Position numbers and translations under genes: made by a program. 64,000 nt of DNA from Flavobacteriales bacterium. Its GTDB lineage: Bacteria > Bacteroidota > Bacteroidia > UBA4408. A model generated the notes under the pieces. The model was not told where the DNA came from, ran no database searches, and was given only the letters and a program-made list of their open reading frames with translations. The stretch is from NCBI GenBank assembly GCA_040374085.1, contig JBEIVB010000003.1:2868-66867 (forward strand), written 5' to 3'. Shown here piece by piece: positions 1 through 9,466 of this stretch (within the stretch, counting starts at the first letter, position 1; each line of letters opens with the position of its first letter).

Positions 1-1006
1 GAGGCGTTCCGGGCTGCATCACGGCCGGACGGCCAAGATCGCCTCCTTCGCGAATGCCTTGTATGAGGGGAATCTCGCCCAGAAACGGAATCTCCATGGT
101 TTCGGCTAAGCGGCGGGCACCGCCCTGGCCAAAGATGTAGTATTTGTTGTTGGGCAGCTCTTCGGGGGTGAAATAGGCCATGTTCTCTACGATGCCGAGC
201 ACCGGCACGTTGATGTTGGGCATGCGGAACATAGAAACGCCCTTGCGCACATCGGCCAGGGCAATGTCTTGCGGGGTGCTCACCACCACGGCTCCGGTTA
301 GGGGCACGCCTTGCACCAAGCTCAGGTGAATGTCGCCGGTGCCGGGAGGAAGGTCCACCAGCAAATAATCGAGCTCGCCCCACCAGGCATCGGAGAAAAG
401 TTGGTTGAGGGCTTTGGCGGCCATGGGTCCGCGCCATACCACGGCTTGGTTGAGCTCGGCGAAAAACCCAATGCTCAAGAGCTTCACATCGTGCGACACC
501 ACCGGCTCTATCATACCTTTTCCATCTACGCTGCGCATGAGGGGCTTCTCGTGTTGCACATCAAACAGCATGGGAATGGAGGGGCCGTAGATGTCGGCAT
601 CCACCAAGCCAACCTTTGCGCCGGAAAGGGCCAAGGCCACGGCCAGGTTGGCGGCTACCGTGCTCTTGCCCACTCCGCCCTTGCCCGAAGCAATGGCCAC
701 AATGTTCTTTACACCCTGTAGGCTGGGCTTGTTGGCCTTGCCTGTGGTAACCTCGGCATCCATGGTTACTTCTACCTCCGCCTCCTGATCTACCAAATGC
801 TTTACGGCGTTGACGCAGGCCCGGTGTATGAGGTCTTTCATAGGACAGGCCGGGGTGGTGAGCATCACGGTAAACGAAACACGCTTGCCGTCTACTACCA
901 GGCTGCGCACCATGCCGAGGGTAACAATGTCTTTTTTCAAATCGGGATCGTCCACGTGGCTGAGGGCTTCGAGGACGCGTTCGGTGGTGATGGGGGCTTG
1001 ACTCAT
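1..1006 (-). CDS. mrp: Mrp/NBP35 (ApbC) Fe-S cluster carrier ATPase, 3' end truncated by window edge
   Basis: Manual translation from ATG 1006: MSQAPITTERVLEALSHVDDPDLKKDIVTLGMV...TTPACP...ASGKGGVGKSTVAANLA...DADIYGPS...DLPPGTGDIH. Not in ORF track because no stop occurs in the window. Confidence 0.95.
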   Translation of the reverse strand, partial: MSQAPITTERVLEALSHVDDPDLKKDIVTLGMVRSLVVDGKRVSFTVMLTTPACPMKDLIHRACVNAVKHLVDQEAEVEVTMDAEVTTGKANKPSLQGVKNIVAIASGKGGVGKSTVAANLAVALALSGAKVGLVDADIYGPSIPMLFDVQHEKPLMRSVDGKGMIEPVVSHDVKLLSIGFFAELNQAVVWRGPMAAKALNQLFSDAWWGELDYLLVDLPPGTGDIHLSLVQGVPLTGAVVVSTPQDIALADVRKGVSMFRMPNINVPVLGIVENMAYFTPEELPNNKYYIFGQGGARRLAETMEIPFLGEIPLIQGIREGGDLGRPAVMQPGTP

Positions 1007-1013
1007 GGCGGGT

Positions 1014-1021
1014 CAAAAATA
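1014..1021 (-). promoter_or_regulatory. Bacteroidota sigma70 -7 element (TATTTTTG) for mrp
   Basis: Matches TAnnTTTG, 7 nt upstream of the ATG. Confidence 0.6.
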
Positions 1022-1459
1022 GGGCAAAAAGGGCATTGGGCATGCACCGTTCACGATTGCAGGATCTAACCCTATTTGGGGACTGATTCAAAAAGCGTGT
1101 GAAAAGCAGACGTATCCACAAATAAAACCATTGGATTATAAATCGAACAGACCCCGCCTCATCCTGTTGCAGCCGACCAGCGCGTTGCCCATGGCCATAT
1201 GTAGCGCATCTGCCGTAATAACTTCCGCTTCGGTGCGCAATTCACCGCCACTTCGCACACCGTAAATCTACCTCCCGAGGTTGGTTTTCTGCTCGGTGCT
1301 TTTTTGGCGAAGCTCATTTTAGCCTTTGGTGTTTCGTGGTATCCTAGAAAAATCAACCCGTTATGATCCTCAAAAAAAGTACCTTCACGGTGCCGTCGGA
1401 AAAACCTGCCGGCTTTCCATCCATCTCCACACGGCGCAGTCCTACAACACCTTTATGTT

Positions 1460-1804
1460 ATGAACATCCGCTTGCTCACCTTCCTTCTTTTTACGCTCTT
1501 TTCCCTGGAAACCGCTTTTGCTCAAGGTGGACAGAAACTGGCTACCGCGCGCATCATAGAAGGCTCCTCCGTTGAGCTTTCGCGCATGGTAATCGTTTAC
1601 GAAACGGGAACCAGCGAAGTGATACCGCTCAAAAACATCAAACTTTTTTCGGGCACAGCCTCGGCAGCCGAAGTGCTCCTCGAAAACCAAACCGTGATTA
1701 CCCGCGTGCTCAACGAGATGAGCGCGAAAGGCTACGAGCTAATGCAAATGAGCGGTGGAGGGGAAAACATGTTTCAAAACCTGTTTGTGTTTTCCAAGCG
1801 CTGA
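1460..1804 (+). CDS. Small secreted hypothetical protein (114 aa)
   Basis: Sec-type signal peptide ending TAFA-Q; C-terminal LNEMSAKGYEL...LFVFSKR; protein-like composition. Confidence 0.75.
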   Translation: MNIRLLTFLLFTLFSLETAFAQGGQKLATARIIEGSSVELSRMVIVYETGTSEVIPLKNIKLFSGTASAAEVLLENQTVITRVLNEMSAKGYELMQMSGGGENMFQNLFVFSKR

Positions 1805-1854
1805 TGGGCAACCGGCCTTCATCTGGCTCTGCCGAATGCCCCATTCATAAAACC

Positions 1855-2724
1855 TTATAAAACGTTTTCTCCTGCTGTCCATCCCAGCCCACCGGTGTGT
1901 ATGGCCAGTACTGACCCGGGCGGTTTTGGGTGTACGCTGAGGCAGTGCGACAGGGCCCAAAAGAGTCGGCACGTGTATACCCGATCGGCCGTTACGCCCG
2001 TATCCTGCTCCCAATCCAGCATCCAGCTTTTCAGCCAGGGCGGGCAGATGCCGAAGCGGGCAATTTCCGGCTCTGTGATCCAGTGCAGGCGTTGGGGTGG
2101 CGCCTCAGACCGAGCCAAGGAAAGCACCCGTTCATGTAGATCCCGGGAAGGGCCTTTTATGGCCGGAAAAGCCCAGAGCTCCACCTCGTGCGGCAAGGCC
2201 CGGTGCAAGGCAGCAGCCGTGGTTCCGGAGCCCACGCTAAGGGCCACCACGCGGGTGTGGGGTGGCACGCAGGCCGCCAGAGCCGATGCTCCGGCCAATC
2301 CGGCTTCTCCCCCACCCCCTTCGGGAATGCGGTACCAACCATCCGGCAGCAGAGCGCCTTCCTGCCACTCGGGGCGATGGCGCAAAGCCCAAAACTCCGC
2401 GCGCGAAACGGAAAGCACTTCCAAGCCTCTCTGCATCAGCTCCTTTATACCCTCGGGCGGGGGCACATCGTTACCGCCCCGCACCCAGGCCCGTGTGGAC
2501 AAAGACAAACGCCTTCCGGCCTCGGCAAGCGCCAAGAGGTGATTGGAAAAAGGTCCGCCCAGGCTCTCTAAACCCACGGCTCCCAACGCTGAGGCCCGTT
2601 GCAGGTGGCCGGCGAGCTTAAACACCTTATTGCCGCCCAACACCGAATCGAGCGCATCGAGGCGCAGCACCTCAAAAAACCGCGTAGGCGTAATGCCCAC
2701 CTTCTCTACAGGCAGCAGCAACAT
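1855..2724 (-). CDS. PLP-dependent ACC deaminase / D-cysteine desulfhydrase family protein
   Basis: GGNKVFKL (PLP lysine), GGPFSNH, EGGGG, VGSGTT, IHTGGLG motifs. Confidence 0.9.
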   Translation of the reverse strand: MLLLPVEKVGITPTRFFEVLRLDALDSVLGGNKVFKLAGHLQRASALGAVGLESLGGPFSNHLLALAEAGRRLSLSTRAWVRGGNDVPPPEGIKELMQRGLEVLSVSRAEFWALRHRPEWQEGALLPDGWYRIPEGGGGEAGLAGASALAACVPPHTRVVALSVGSGTTAAALHRALPHEVELWAFPAIKGPSRDLHERVLSLARSEAPPQRLHWITEPEIARFGICPPWLKSWMLDWEQDTGVTADRVYTCRLFWALSHCLSVHPKPPGSVLAIHTGGLGWTAGENVL

Positions 2725-2783
2725 GCTTCAAAGAACGGGGTTCGGGGGATTGTTCCGATATTCGCGGACCCTTTTTTTCGGCC

Positions 2784-4832
2784 ATGAACAAGACCTTTCA
2801 ACGCCATACCGTTACCGCAGCCCTGCCCTATGCCAACGGACCCAAGCACCTCGGGCATTTGGCCGGAGCCTACCTTCCGGCCGATGTGTACGTGCGCTAC
2901 CTCAGGGCCATTGGGCAAGATGTGGTTTTTGTATCGGGCAGCGACGAGCACGGCACCGCCATTGCCAACCAGGCCTTGCGCGAAGGAACCACGCCTCAGG
3001 CCATCATAGACAAATACCACGCCCTAAACCGCGATGCCTTTCAGCAACTGGGCATATCGTTTGACATATACCACCGCACCAGCGAACCCCTGCACCACCA
3101 AACCGCCCAGGAATTCTTTCTGCGCCTGTACGAAACGGGCAACCTCGTGGCCGAAGAAACGGAGCAGTACTTCGATGAAGAGGCCGGAAAATTTTTGGCC
3201 GACCGCTACATCATGGGCACCTGCCCCAAGTGCAGCAACGAAAAAGCCTATGGCGACCAATGCGAACGCTGCGGAACCGAGCTCAGTCCAACCGAGCTGT
3301 TGAACCCCCACTCTTTGCTTTCGGGCAAGGCACCCGTGTTGCGCAAAACCACCAACTGGTTTTTGCCTATGGACAAGCTGGAGTCGGGCATAGTGGCCTA
3401 CCTCGAGGGGCATCCGGAATGGAAAAGCCATGTGCTGGGCCAATGCAGAAGCTGGATATCGGATGGATTAAAGCCCCGGGCCATGACCCGCGACCTCGAC
3501 TGGGGCGTGCAGGTGCCCTTGCCTGAGGGAGCCGGAAAAGTTTTATATGTTTGGTTTGATGCCCCCATTGGCTACATATCCGCCACCAAGCAATGGGCAG
3601 CAGACCATGGTAAAGATTGGAAACTCTACTGGCAAGATCCAGGCACCCGACTCGTGCACTTTATTGGAAAAGACAACATCGTATTTCACTGCATCACCTT
3701 CCCCATGATGCTTATGGCCCACGGGGGCTATGTATTGCCGGACCAGGTGCCCGCCAACGAGTTTATGAACCTCGAAGGCGATAAAATGAGCACCAGCAGG
3801 CAATGGAGCATAGAGATGGACGAATACCTGAGGGCCTTCCCGGGCAAAGAAGACGTCTTGCGGTATTACCTTCTTTCTATATTACCGGAAAGCAAAGACA
3901 GCGAGTTTACCTGGAAAGACTACCAGGCGCGCAACAACAATGAGCTGGTAGCCATCTTGGGCAACTTTGTAAACCGCTCGTTGGTGCTCACCCAGAAATA
4001 CTTCAACGGGGTGGTGCCGGCGGCCCACGAATACACCCGCGAAGACCTTCTGCTGATGGAAGAAGCGGCGCGTTTTCCGGAGCGCATAGGTGCGGCCTTG
4101 GAGGCCTTTCGGTTCCGCGAGGCCTTGCAGGAATTGATGAACCTTGCGCGCTTGGGCAACAAATACCTGGCCGATACCGAGCCCTGGAAACTCATGCAGA
4201 GCGACGAAAAGCGGGTGCGCACCGTGTTGAACTTGGCCTTGCAGTTGAGTGCATCCCTCAGCACCCTGATGGAACCCTTCTTGCCGTTTACCGCCGAGCG
4301 CCTGCGCAGCATGCTGCGCATTGGGAAACTATCGTGGACACAAGCCGGCAACCTCCATCACCTGGGCGAAGGACATGTGTTGGACGCACCGTTTTTGCTC
4401 TTCGACAAAGTAGACGACGAAACCGTAGCCCGCCAGGTAGAGGCCCTTCACGCAAAAAAAGCGGCCTTGCCGGCAGAGGCTCATGTTGCCCAACCCCAAA
4501 AGCCCGAAACCACCTTTGAAGCCTTCAACGCCATGGATTTGCGGGTGGCTACCATTGTTGCTGCCGAGCGCGTGCCCAAGACCGATAAGCTCCTGAAACT
4601 CACCGTAGATACCGGCCTCGATAAAAGAACCGTTGTATCGGGCATTGCTGAGTGGTTCAACCCCGACACCCTTCCGGGAACCCGCGTGTTGATTTTGATT
4701 AACTTAGCACCTCGAAAAATAAAGGGCATTGAATCGAACGGCATGATTTTGCTGGCCGAAAATGCCCGGGGCCAACTGGCCATGGTGCCGCAACTCACCG
4801 AGGATATGGAAAACGGCGCTGTGGTCAAATAA
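2784..4832 (+). CDS. metG: Methionine--tRNA ligase with C-terminal tRNA-binding domain
   Basis: LPYANG, HLGH, SGSDEHGT, CPKC/CERC zinc knuckle, YVWFDA, KMSTS, C-terminal OB fold. Confidence 0.99.
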   Translation: MNKTFQRHTVTAALPYANGPKHLGHLAGAYLPADVYVRYLRAIGQDVVFVSGSDEHGTAIANQALREGTTPQAIIDKYHALNRDAFQQLGISFDIYHRTSEPLHHQTAQEFFLRLYETGNLVAEETEQYFDEEAGKFLADRYIMGTCPKCSNEKAYGDQCERCGTELSPTELLNPHSLLSGKAPVLRKTTNWFLPMDKLESGIVAYLEGHPEWKSHVLGQCRSWISDGLKPRAMTRDLDWGVQVPLPEGAGKVLYVWFDAPIGYISATKQWAADHGKDWKLYWQDPGTRLVHFIGKDNIVFHCITFPMMLMAHGGYVLPDQVPANEFMNLEGDKMSTSRQWSIEMDEYLRAFPGKEDVLRYYLLSILPESKDSEFTWKDYQARNNNELVAILGNFVNRSLVLTQKYFNGVVPAAHEYTREDLLLMEEAARFPERIGAALEAFRFREALQELMNLARLGNKYLADTEPWKLMQSDEKRVRTVLNLALQLSASLSTLMEPFLPFTAERLRSMLRIGKLSWTQAGNLHHLGEGHVLDAPFLLFDKVDDETVARQVEALHAKKAALPAEAHVAQPQKPETTFEAFNAMDLRVATIVAAERVPKTDKLLKLTVDTGLDKRTVVSGIAEWFNPDTLPGTRVLILINLAPRKIKGIESNGMILLAENARGQLAMVPQLTEDMENGAVVK

Positions 4833-4855
4833 TCACCCAACGCTCTTTTCATACT

Positions 4856-4927
4856 GGCGCCGTAGTTCAATGGATAGAATAGAAGTTTCCTAAACTTTTG
4901 ATGTGGGTTCGATTCCCGCCGGAGCCA
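4856..4927 (+). tRNA. tRNA-Arg (anticodon CCT), CCA not encoded
   Basis: Cloverleaf: anticodon loop TTCCTAA in GAAGT/ACTTT stem, GTGGG-TTCGATT-CCCGC T arm, acceptor GGCGCCG/CGGAGCC with one G.A mismatch. Confidence 0.92.
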
Positions 4928-4943
4928 CTATTTTTACAACACA

Positions 4944-6173
4944 ATGGCTGTATTTTTTACTTCCCTTTTTAAAAAAAAGTGGCCAGCAGCCATTTCCTGC
5001 GCAGGGTGGTGGATGACCTTTTTCATGGGGGCTACAGCCCAGCCCGTGCAATGGGGAAGCAGTGGATATATAGAATACCAGCAAGGCACCCTCCCATTGG
5101 TGATATCGGTGCCGCATGGTGGCGAACAAGAGCCTGCGTCCATTCCAAATCGTACGTGCAACAATGCCGTTCTGGTAACCGATGCCAATACCGTAGAGGT
5201 GGCGCTGGCCATAAAATCTTCCTTATATGCTCTTACCGGCTGCTACCCGCACATCATCGTTTGCCACCTGCATAGAAGCAAGCTCGACTGCAACCGAAAC
5301 CTATCCGATGGGGCTTGTGGCAATACCACAGCTGGTCAGGCCTGGAGCGAATTTCATAACTTTATAAATGTTGCCCAAAATACCGCGCAGGCGGCTTATC
5401 CAAGTAAAGTGTTTTTTATGGATCTGCACGGCCACGGCAACCCCATTCAACGCATAGAGTTGGGGTATTTGCTCTACGACGACGAGCTCGCCTTGACCGA
5501 CTCCACACTCAACACGCCGACCTACATAGGCTACAGCTCCATTCGGCATCTGGCAAACAACAACGTTGGCAACCTCAACCACGCTCAACTGCTTAGGGGC
5601 AGCACAGCCTTGGGTACGCTTTTGGGAAATGGTGGTTATCCGTCGGTACCCAGCCAACAAATTCCGATGCCTGGCCTCAGCACCAACTATTACAGCGGCG
5701 GCTACATTCTTGCAAACCACAGCAGCTACGTATCCGGCATCTTAACCGACGGCGTGCAAATGGAGCTCAACTTCACCGGCATACGCGATACTCCAACCAA
5801 CATATCGCGGTTTGCCGACAGCGCTGCAGTGGCAATCGTAAATTACCTCAATCTGAACCTAGGGTTTGAGGTTGGTGGTTGCGCACCCAGTGCAGTCGAA
5901 GCCCCAGGGCTCCAATCGAACTTGTCTTTAGCACCCAACCCCCTCAAACCGGGTGAGAAACCCAGGTTTCTTGGTTTAACCTCCACTATAATCTTTGAGC
6001 TGTATAATGGTTTAGGGGCTTGTGTCTGGAGAGGTGAAGCTCACCATCAGGACGGCGCCACAAATTGGCCGTTTCTAAAACCGGGATTGTATTGGATGAG
6101 GGTAAGCAGCAATTTCAATCCGGCACTTTCATGTTCGGGTAAAGTTTCGTTCCCTCTACTCATTCAGGAGTGA
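4944..6173 (+). CDS. N-formylglutamate amidohydrolase-like Zn hydrolase with signal peptide and T9SS C-terminal sorting domain
   Basis: ISVPHGG, RSKLDCNR, MDLHGHG, VQMEL motifs; CTD-like LSLAPNP...ELYNGLG...LKPGLYWMRV. Confidence 0.8.
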   Translation: MAVFFTSLFKKKWPAAISCAGWWMTFFMGATAQPVQWGSSGYIEYQQGTLPLVISVPHGGEQEPASIPNRTCNNAVLVTDANTVEVALAIKSSLYALTGCYPHIIVCHLHRSKLDCNRNLSDGACGNTTAGQAWSEFHNFINVAQNTAQAAYPSKVFFMDLHGHGNPIQRIELGYLLYDDELALTDSTLNTPTYIGYSSIRHLANNNVGNLNHAQLLRGSTALGTLLGNGGYPSVPSQQIPMPGLSTNYYSGGYILANHSSYVSGILTDGVQMELNFTGIRDTPTNISRFADSAAVAIVNYLNLNLGFEVGGCAPSAVEAPGLQSNLSLAPNPLKPGEKPRFLGLTSTIIFELYNGLGACVWRGEAHHQDGATNWPFLKPGLYWMRVSSNFNPALSCSGKVSFPLLIQE

Positions 6174-6348
6174 TTTTTTAGACCATAAGGGTATTTTAAT
6201 TTTAGTCAAAAAACGAATCCTTATGGAAATAGTTGGATGAAACGAACTAGGTCATGCATGCCAGCTCTTCCAATAGAATGTTTACATACTTTTCCATGTG
6301 TACGCCCGGTATGTACGAGAAGGCTTAATTTTTTAAAAAATAAAAATC

Positions 6349-7377
6349 TCAATCTCCAAAATCATCCAATGCCGCAATCACCTTCTGCACGTCCGATTCC
6401 TGAACATCGAGATGGGTAACCATGCGTATGGTTTGACCGGAAAAGCTGCTCACCAAAATTCCTTTCTCCTTCAAGTGGGCCGCGAAATCTGCTCCCTTAA
6501 TGGCATCGCCCAATTCGAACAACACAATGTTGGTTTTGCCAAAAAACATGTGGCATATCCAACTTTTTTTATCTAGGGCATCGTACAATTGGCGAGCCTT
6601 AAGGTGGTCTTCCTTAAGTTTGGGTATGTTGTGCTTTAGGGCATAGAGGCCTGCTGCCGCCAGAAATCCGGCTTGGCGCATGCCTCCACCCAAACGCTTC
6701 CGAACCCTTCTGGCTTCCTTTATAAAATCTTTGGGACCCAGCAGTACAGAACCAACCGGAGCTCCCAGCCCTTTAGACAGGCAAACAGAAATGCTGTCGA
6801 ATTGCTTACCGTAATCTTCAGGGGTTTCCGATGTTTCGGTGAGGGCATTAAAGATGCGCGCACCATCGAGATGAAAGCCCAATCCTTTTTTCCTGCACAA
6901 GGCTTGAATTTCTTTTATTTCATTAAAATTATAATAACTACCTCCGGCTCGATTCACGGTGTTCTCCAAACAAACCAATCGGGTTTTAGCCAACCAGTCT
7001 TGGTCTGCGTTTATGGCGGGTAGTATTTGAGCGGCATTCAAGCACCCGTTTAGGCCGTGCAACACTTTGGGCTGCACTTGAGAGTTGGCGGCAATGCCTG
7101 CGCCTTCGTAATTTAAAATATGGGCAGAGGCGTCGCAGATGAGCTCGTCGCCGGGCTTGGTATGCACCCGAATGGCAATTTGGTTGGTCATGGTTCCGGA
7201 CGGACAAAAGAGCCCGGCCTCCAAACCAAACAATTCCGAGGCATAAGATTCCAGCTCATTTATGGTAGGATCTTCGCCAAACACATCGTCGCCAACGGGT
7301 GCTCGCATCATGGCGTTCAGCATTTCCGGACCGGGCTGGGTAACGGTATCGCTTCTGAGGTCTATCCATTTCTTCAT
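6349..7377 (-). CDS. ltaE: Low-specificity L-threonine aldolase
   Basis: IDLRSDTVT, GDDVFGED, SGTMTNQ, HLDGARIFNA, CLSKGLGAPVGS. Start placed at ATG 7377. Confidence 0.97.
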   Translation of the reverse strand: MKKWIDLRSDTVTQPGPEMLNAMMRAPVGDDVFGEDPTINELESYASELFGLEAGLFCPSGTMTNQIAIRVHTKPGDELICDASAHILNYEGAGIAANSQVQPKVLHGLNGCLNAAQILPAINADQDWLAKTRLVCLENTVNRAGGSYYNFNEIKEIQALCRKKGLGFHLDGARIFNALTETSETPEDYGKQFDSISVCLSKGLGAPVGSVLLGPKDFIKEARRVRKRLGGGMRQAGFLAAAGLYALKHNIPKLKEDHLKARQLYDALDKKSWICHMFFGKTNIVLFELGDAIKGADFAAHLKEKGILVSSFSGQTIRMVTHLDVQESDVQKVIAALDDFGD

Positions 7378-7381
7378 GGGC

Positions 7382-7389
7382 CAAAAATA
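7382..7389 (-). promoter_or_regulatory. -7 promoter element (TATTTTTG) for ltaE
   Basis: TAnnTTTG 4 nt before ATG 7377. Confidence 0.6.
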
Positions 7390-7522
7390 GAAACCCAAAC
7401 CAGCACTTGACCCTAACCCAAACTAAAATATGGGTGTTTTATCCAATTGAGACCGAAAAATGCAATCGGGTTTGGCGTTGCCCTGTATGGTGTGCATCGC
7501 CTTTGGCGCAAAGGACAGCGGC

Positions 7523-8041
7523 TTACTTCCTTTTGCCTCTGCCCTTTCGTTTCAGAGCACGATACTCCCAAGGAGGCACAGGTTGGGAATCGGCCCACAA
7601 CCCTTTTCTGCTCTGCCGGGCGGCAACCTCCATTTGAGAAAGGGCAGGATCTGAGTTGTATTTCTTGTAATGCCAGGCATAACCTGCCTTCAACATCTCC
7701 CTACTCAGTTCTCTGCCATCGGGCAAGTAAGCAAAGGCAAGGGTTCGTTTGTGATGGTCTTTTCCGGTTGAAACAAGGGTTATTTGTTTGCCAAAACACA
7801 GAGCAGCCAAATATTGCTTGGCGGCTTTGGAATGGGGCATTCCGCGTTCGGGAGCATCTATCCCCTCCATGCGCACCCGAATGCTCAACCCTTCTACGAG
7901 CACATCGTAGGTATCTCCGTCGATTACGCCCACCACCTTTCCGTTTCTCTTCGAAGCCTGCCCCAGCATTTCTTTTTTATTGCCCAGAGCGGGCAGCAGC
8001 ATAACGTGCAAAAGCATCAGCGATAGAATGATGGAGCGCAT
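7523..8041 (-). CDS. Thermonuclease (SNase-like) family protein, probably exported
   Basis: VIDGDT, VRMEGIDAPE, RTLAFAY, GYAWHY, KGLW motifs; hydrophobic N-terminus from ATG 8041. Confidence 0.92.
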   Translation of the reverse strand: MRSIILSLMLLHVMLLPALGNKKEMLGQASKRNGKVVGVIDGDTYDVLVEGLSIRVRMEGIDAPERGMPHSKAAKQYLAALCFGKQITLVSTGKDHHKRTLAFAYLPDGRELSREMLKAGYAWHYKKYNSDPALSQMEVAARQSRKGLWADSQPVPPWEYRALKRKGRGKRK

Positions 8042-8348
8042 AAAAATTTGAGGTGGATGTAGGAGACGGCAAAGTAACGAGGTTTGAATATGAATAGCAA
8101 AGCACCCTATTTTATTCACCTATATAATATTATAATAAATTGTTTTTCCATCGGTTCATTTTGCAACGCAATGCACCTGAAAGGGCCGCACTCTTTTTGC
8201 GGCTGCGCGATTGGGGAATGGAAGGATGCAAGGCTTGCAAGCGGGTTACGAGCCGGTTCCATTGGTTCCGCCTGCCACAGCCGGTGTCACAAAACGGGGA
8301 CAAAAACGAGCCTAAAAAACCTTACTTTTGTCGGCCCGATGGCCGTTT

Positions 8349-8420
8349 GGCTCCGTAGTTTAATGGATAGAACGAGAGATTCCGGTTCTCTAGGTGGGGG
8401 TTCGATTCCCTCCGGGGCTA
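8349..8420 (+). tRNA. tRNA-Arg (anticodon CCG), CCA not encoded
   Basis: GGCTCCG/CGGGGCT acceptor, AGAGA-TTCCGGT-TCTCT anticodon arm, GGTTCGATTCC T loop; TACTTTTG box at 8323-8330. Confidence 0.95.
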
Positions 8421-8423
8421 CTA

Positions 8424-8452
8424 CCCTTCTGCTTCAGCAGCGGGGTTTTTTT
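8424..8452 (+). terminator. Probable intrinsic terminator after tRNA-Arg(CCG)
   Basis: Imperfect hairpin CCCTTCTGC-TTCA-GCAGCGGGG followed by T7. Confidence 0.6.
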
Positions 8453-8500
8453 GTGCCTCTTCGGCACGCGCCCGGGGTAGCTTCAGCCCGCTTAATGCAT

Positions 8501-8508
8501 TACCTTTG
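8501..8508 (+). promoter_or_regulatory. -7 promoter element (TACCTTTG) for ABC ATPase operon
   Basis: TAnnTTTG 7 nt before ATG 8516. Confidence 0.6.
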
Positions 8509-8515
8509 AACGGTT

Positions 8516-9466
8516 ATGTCTTCTTCTCTAATTTCGGTTCAGCACGTTTGGAAGCAATACGGTGCGTACACCGCGCTAAACGACGTTAGCCTCGACGTTC
8601 CACAGGCCAGCATCTATGGCTTGTTGGGTCCCAACGGCGCAGGCAAAACGTCCCTCATCCGCATCCTCAACCAGATCACCGCCCCAGACCGTGGACAGGT
8701 CTTGTGGAAAGGCCAACCCCTCAACCCCGATTTGGGTATGCACGTAGGCTATCTGCCCGAGGAGCGCGGTCTGTACAAGAAGATGGAGGTGGGCGATCAG
8801 GCCCTGTACCTGGCCCGCCTAAAAGGGCTTAGCCGAGAAGACGCGTTGCGGCGACTGAAGTTCTGGTTTGAAAAGTTCGAGATGCAAGGCTGGTGGAAGA
8901 AGAAGCTCGAAGACCTTTCGAAAGGCATGCAACAAAAGGTGCAGTTTGTTACCACCGTGGTGCACGAGCCCGAGCTGCTCATCCTCGATGAGCCGTTCAG
9001 CGGGTTCGACCCCATCAACGCCCACCTCATCAAAGAGGAGTTGTTGAGGCTTAGAGACCAAGGCACCACCATCCTCCTCTCTACGCACAACATGAGCTCG
9101 GTAGAGGAATTGTGCAGCCACATTGCCTTGCTCAACAAATCGCAAAAACTGTTGGAAGGGCCTGTTGCCGACATTCGCCGCCAGCACGCGAACAACGAGT
9201 GGGAAATTCTGTTTAAAGGTAGCCTACTTGCCTTCACCAATGCACACTGGGGCGGGTTCAAGCTGCTGCATCACCGTAAGGACGGCGAAGCCACCCTGGC
9301 CCGCATTTCGCTGGTGGAGGGGTTCTCGCTCAACGCTTTTCTGCAGCACGTGTTGCAGGAAGTGGAGCTGGTTGGCTTGCGCGAGTACGTGCCTACGATG
9401 AACGAGGTGTTCATCCGTCAGGTAAGCGGGCAGGAGGTTGTGCCGGAAGGCAATTTTACAGAATGA
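8516..9466 (+). CDS. ABC-2-type transporter ATP-binding protein (NatA/YhaQ-like)
   Basis: Walker A GPNGAGKT, signature LSKGMQQK, Walker B LILDEPFSGFDP, H-loop STH. Confidence 0.93.
   Translation: MSSSLISVQHVWKQYGAYTALNDVSLDVPQASIYGLLGPNGAGKTSLIRILNQITAPDRGQVLWKGQPLNPDLGMHVGYLPEERGLYKKMEVGDQALYLARLKGLSREDALRRLKFWFEKFEMQGWWKKKLEDLSKGMQQKVQFVTTVVHEPELLILDEPFSGFDPINAHLIKEELLRLRDQGTTILLSTHNMSSVEELCSHIALLNKSQKLLEGPVADIRRQHANNEWEILFKGSLLAFTNAHWGGFKLLHHRKDGEATLARISLVEGFSLNAFLQHVLQEVELVGLREYVPTMNEVFIRQVSGQEVVPEGNFTE

Noticed and set aside
1159-1356. 65-aa ORF and a TADALHMA PIN-like snippet in another minus frame
   Set aside because: Too short, with no coherent domain or supported start.
4966-4978. 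T5A8 homopolymer (and A/T runs in other signal peptides) as phase-variation tracts
   Set aside because: Runs of 8 or fewer are common in Phe/Lys-rich leaders, and all frames are intact.
8123-8134. TATAATATTATA palindrome upstream of the nuclease gene
   Set aside because: Low-complexity AT-only sequence, likely by chance.
4856-8420. Genomic island bounded by two tRNA-Arg genes
   Set aside because: Both tRNAs are complete with different anticodons, so the shared sequence is ordinary isoacceptor similarity. There is no integrase or att duplication, and ltaE is a core gene.
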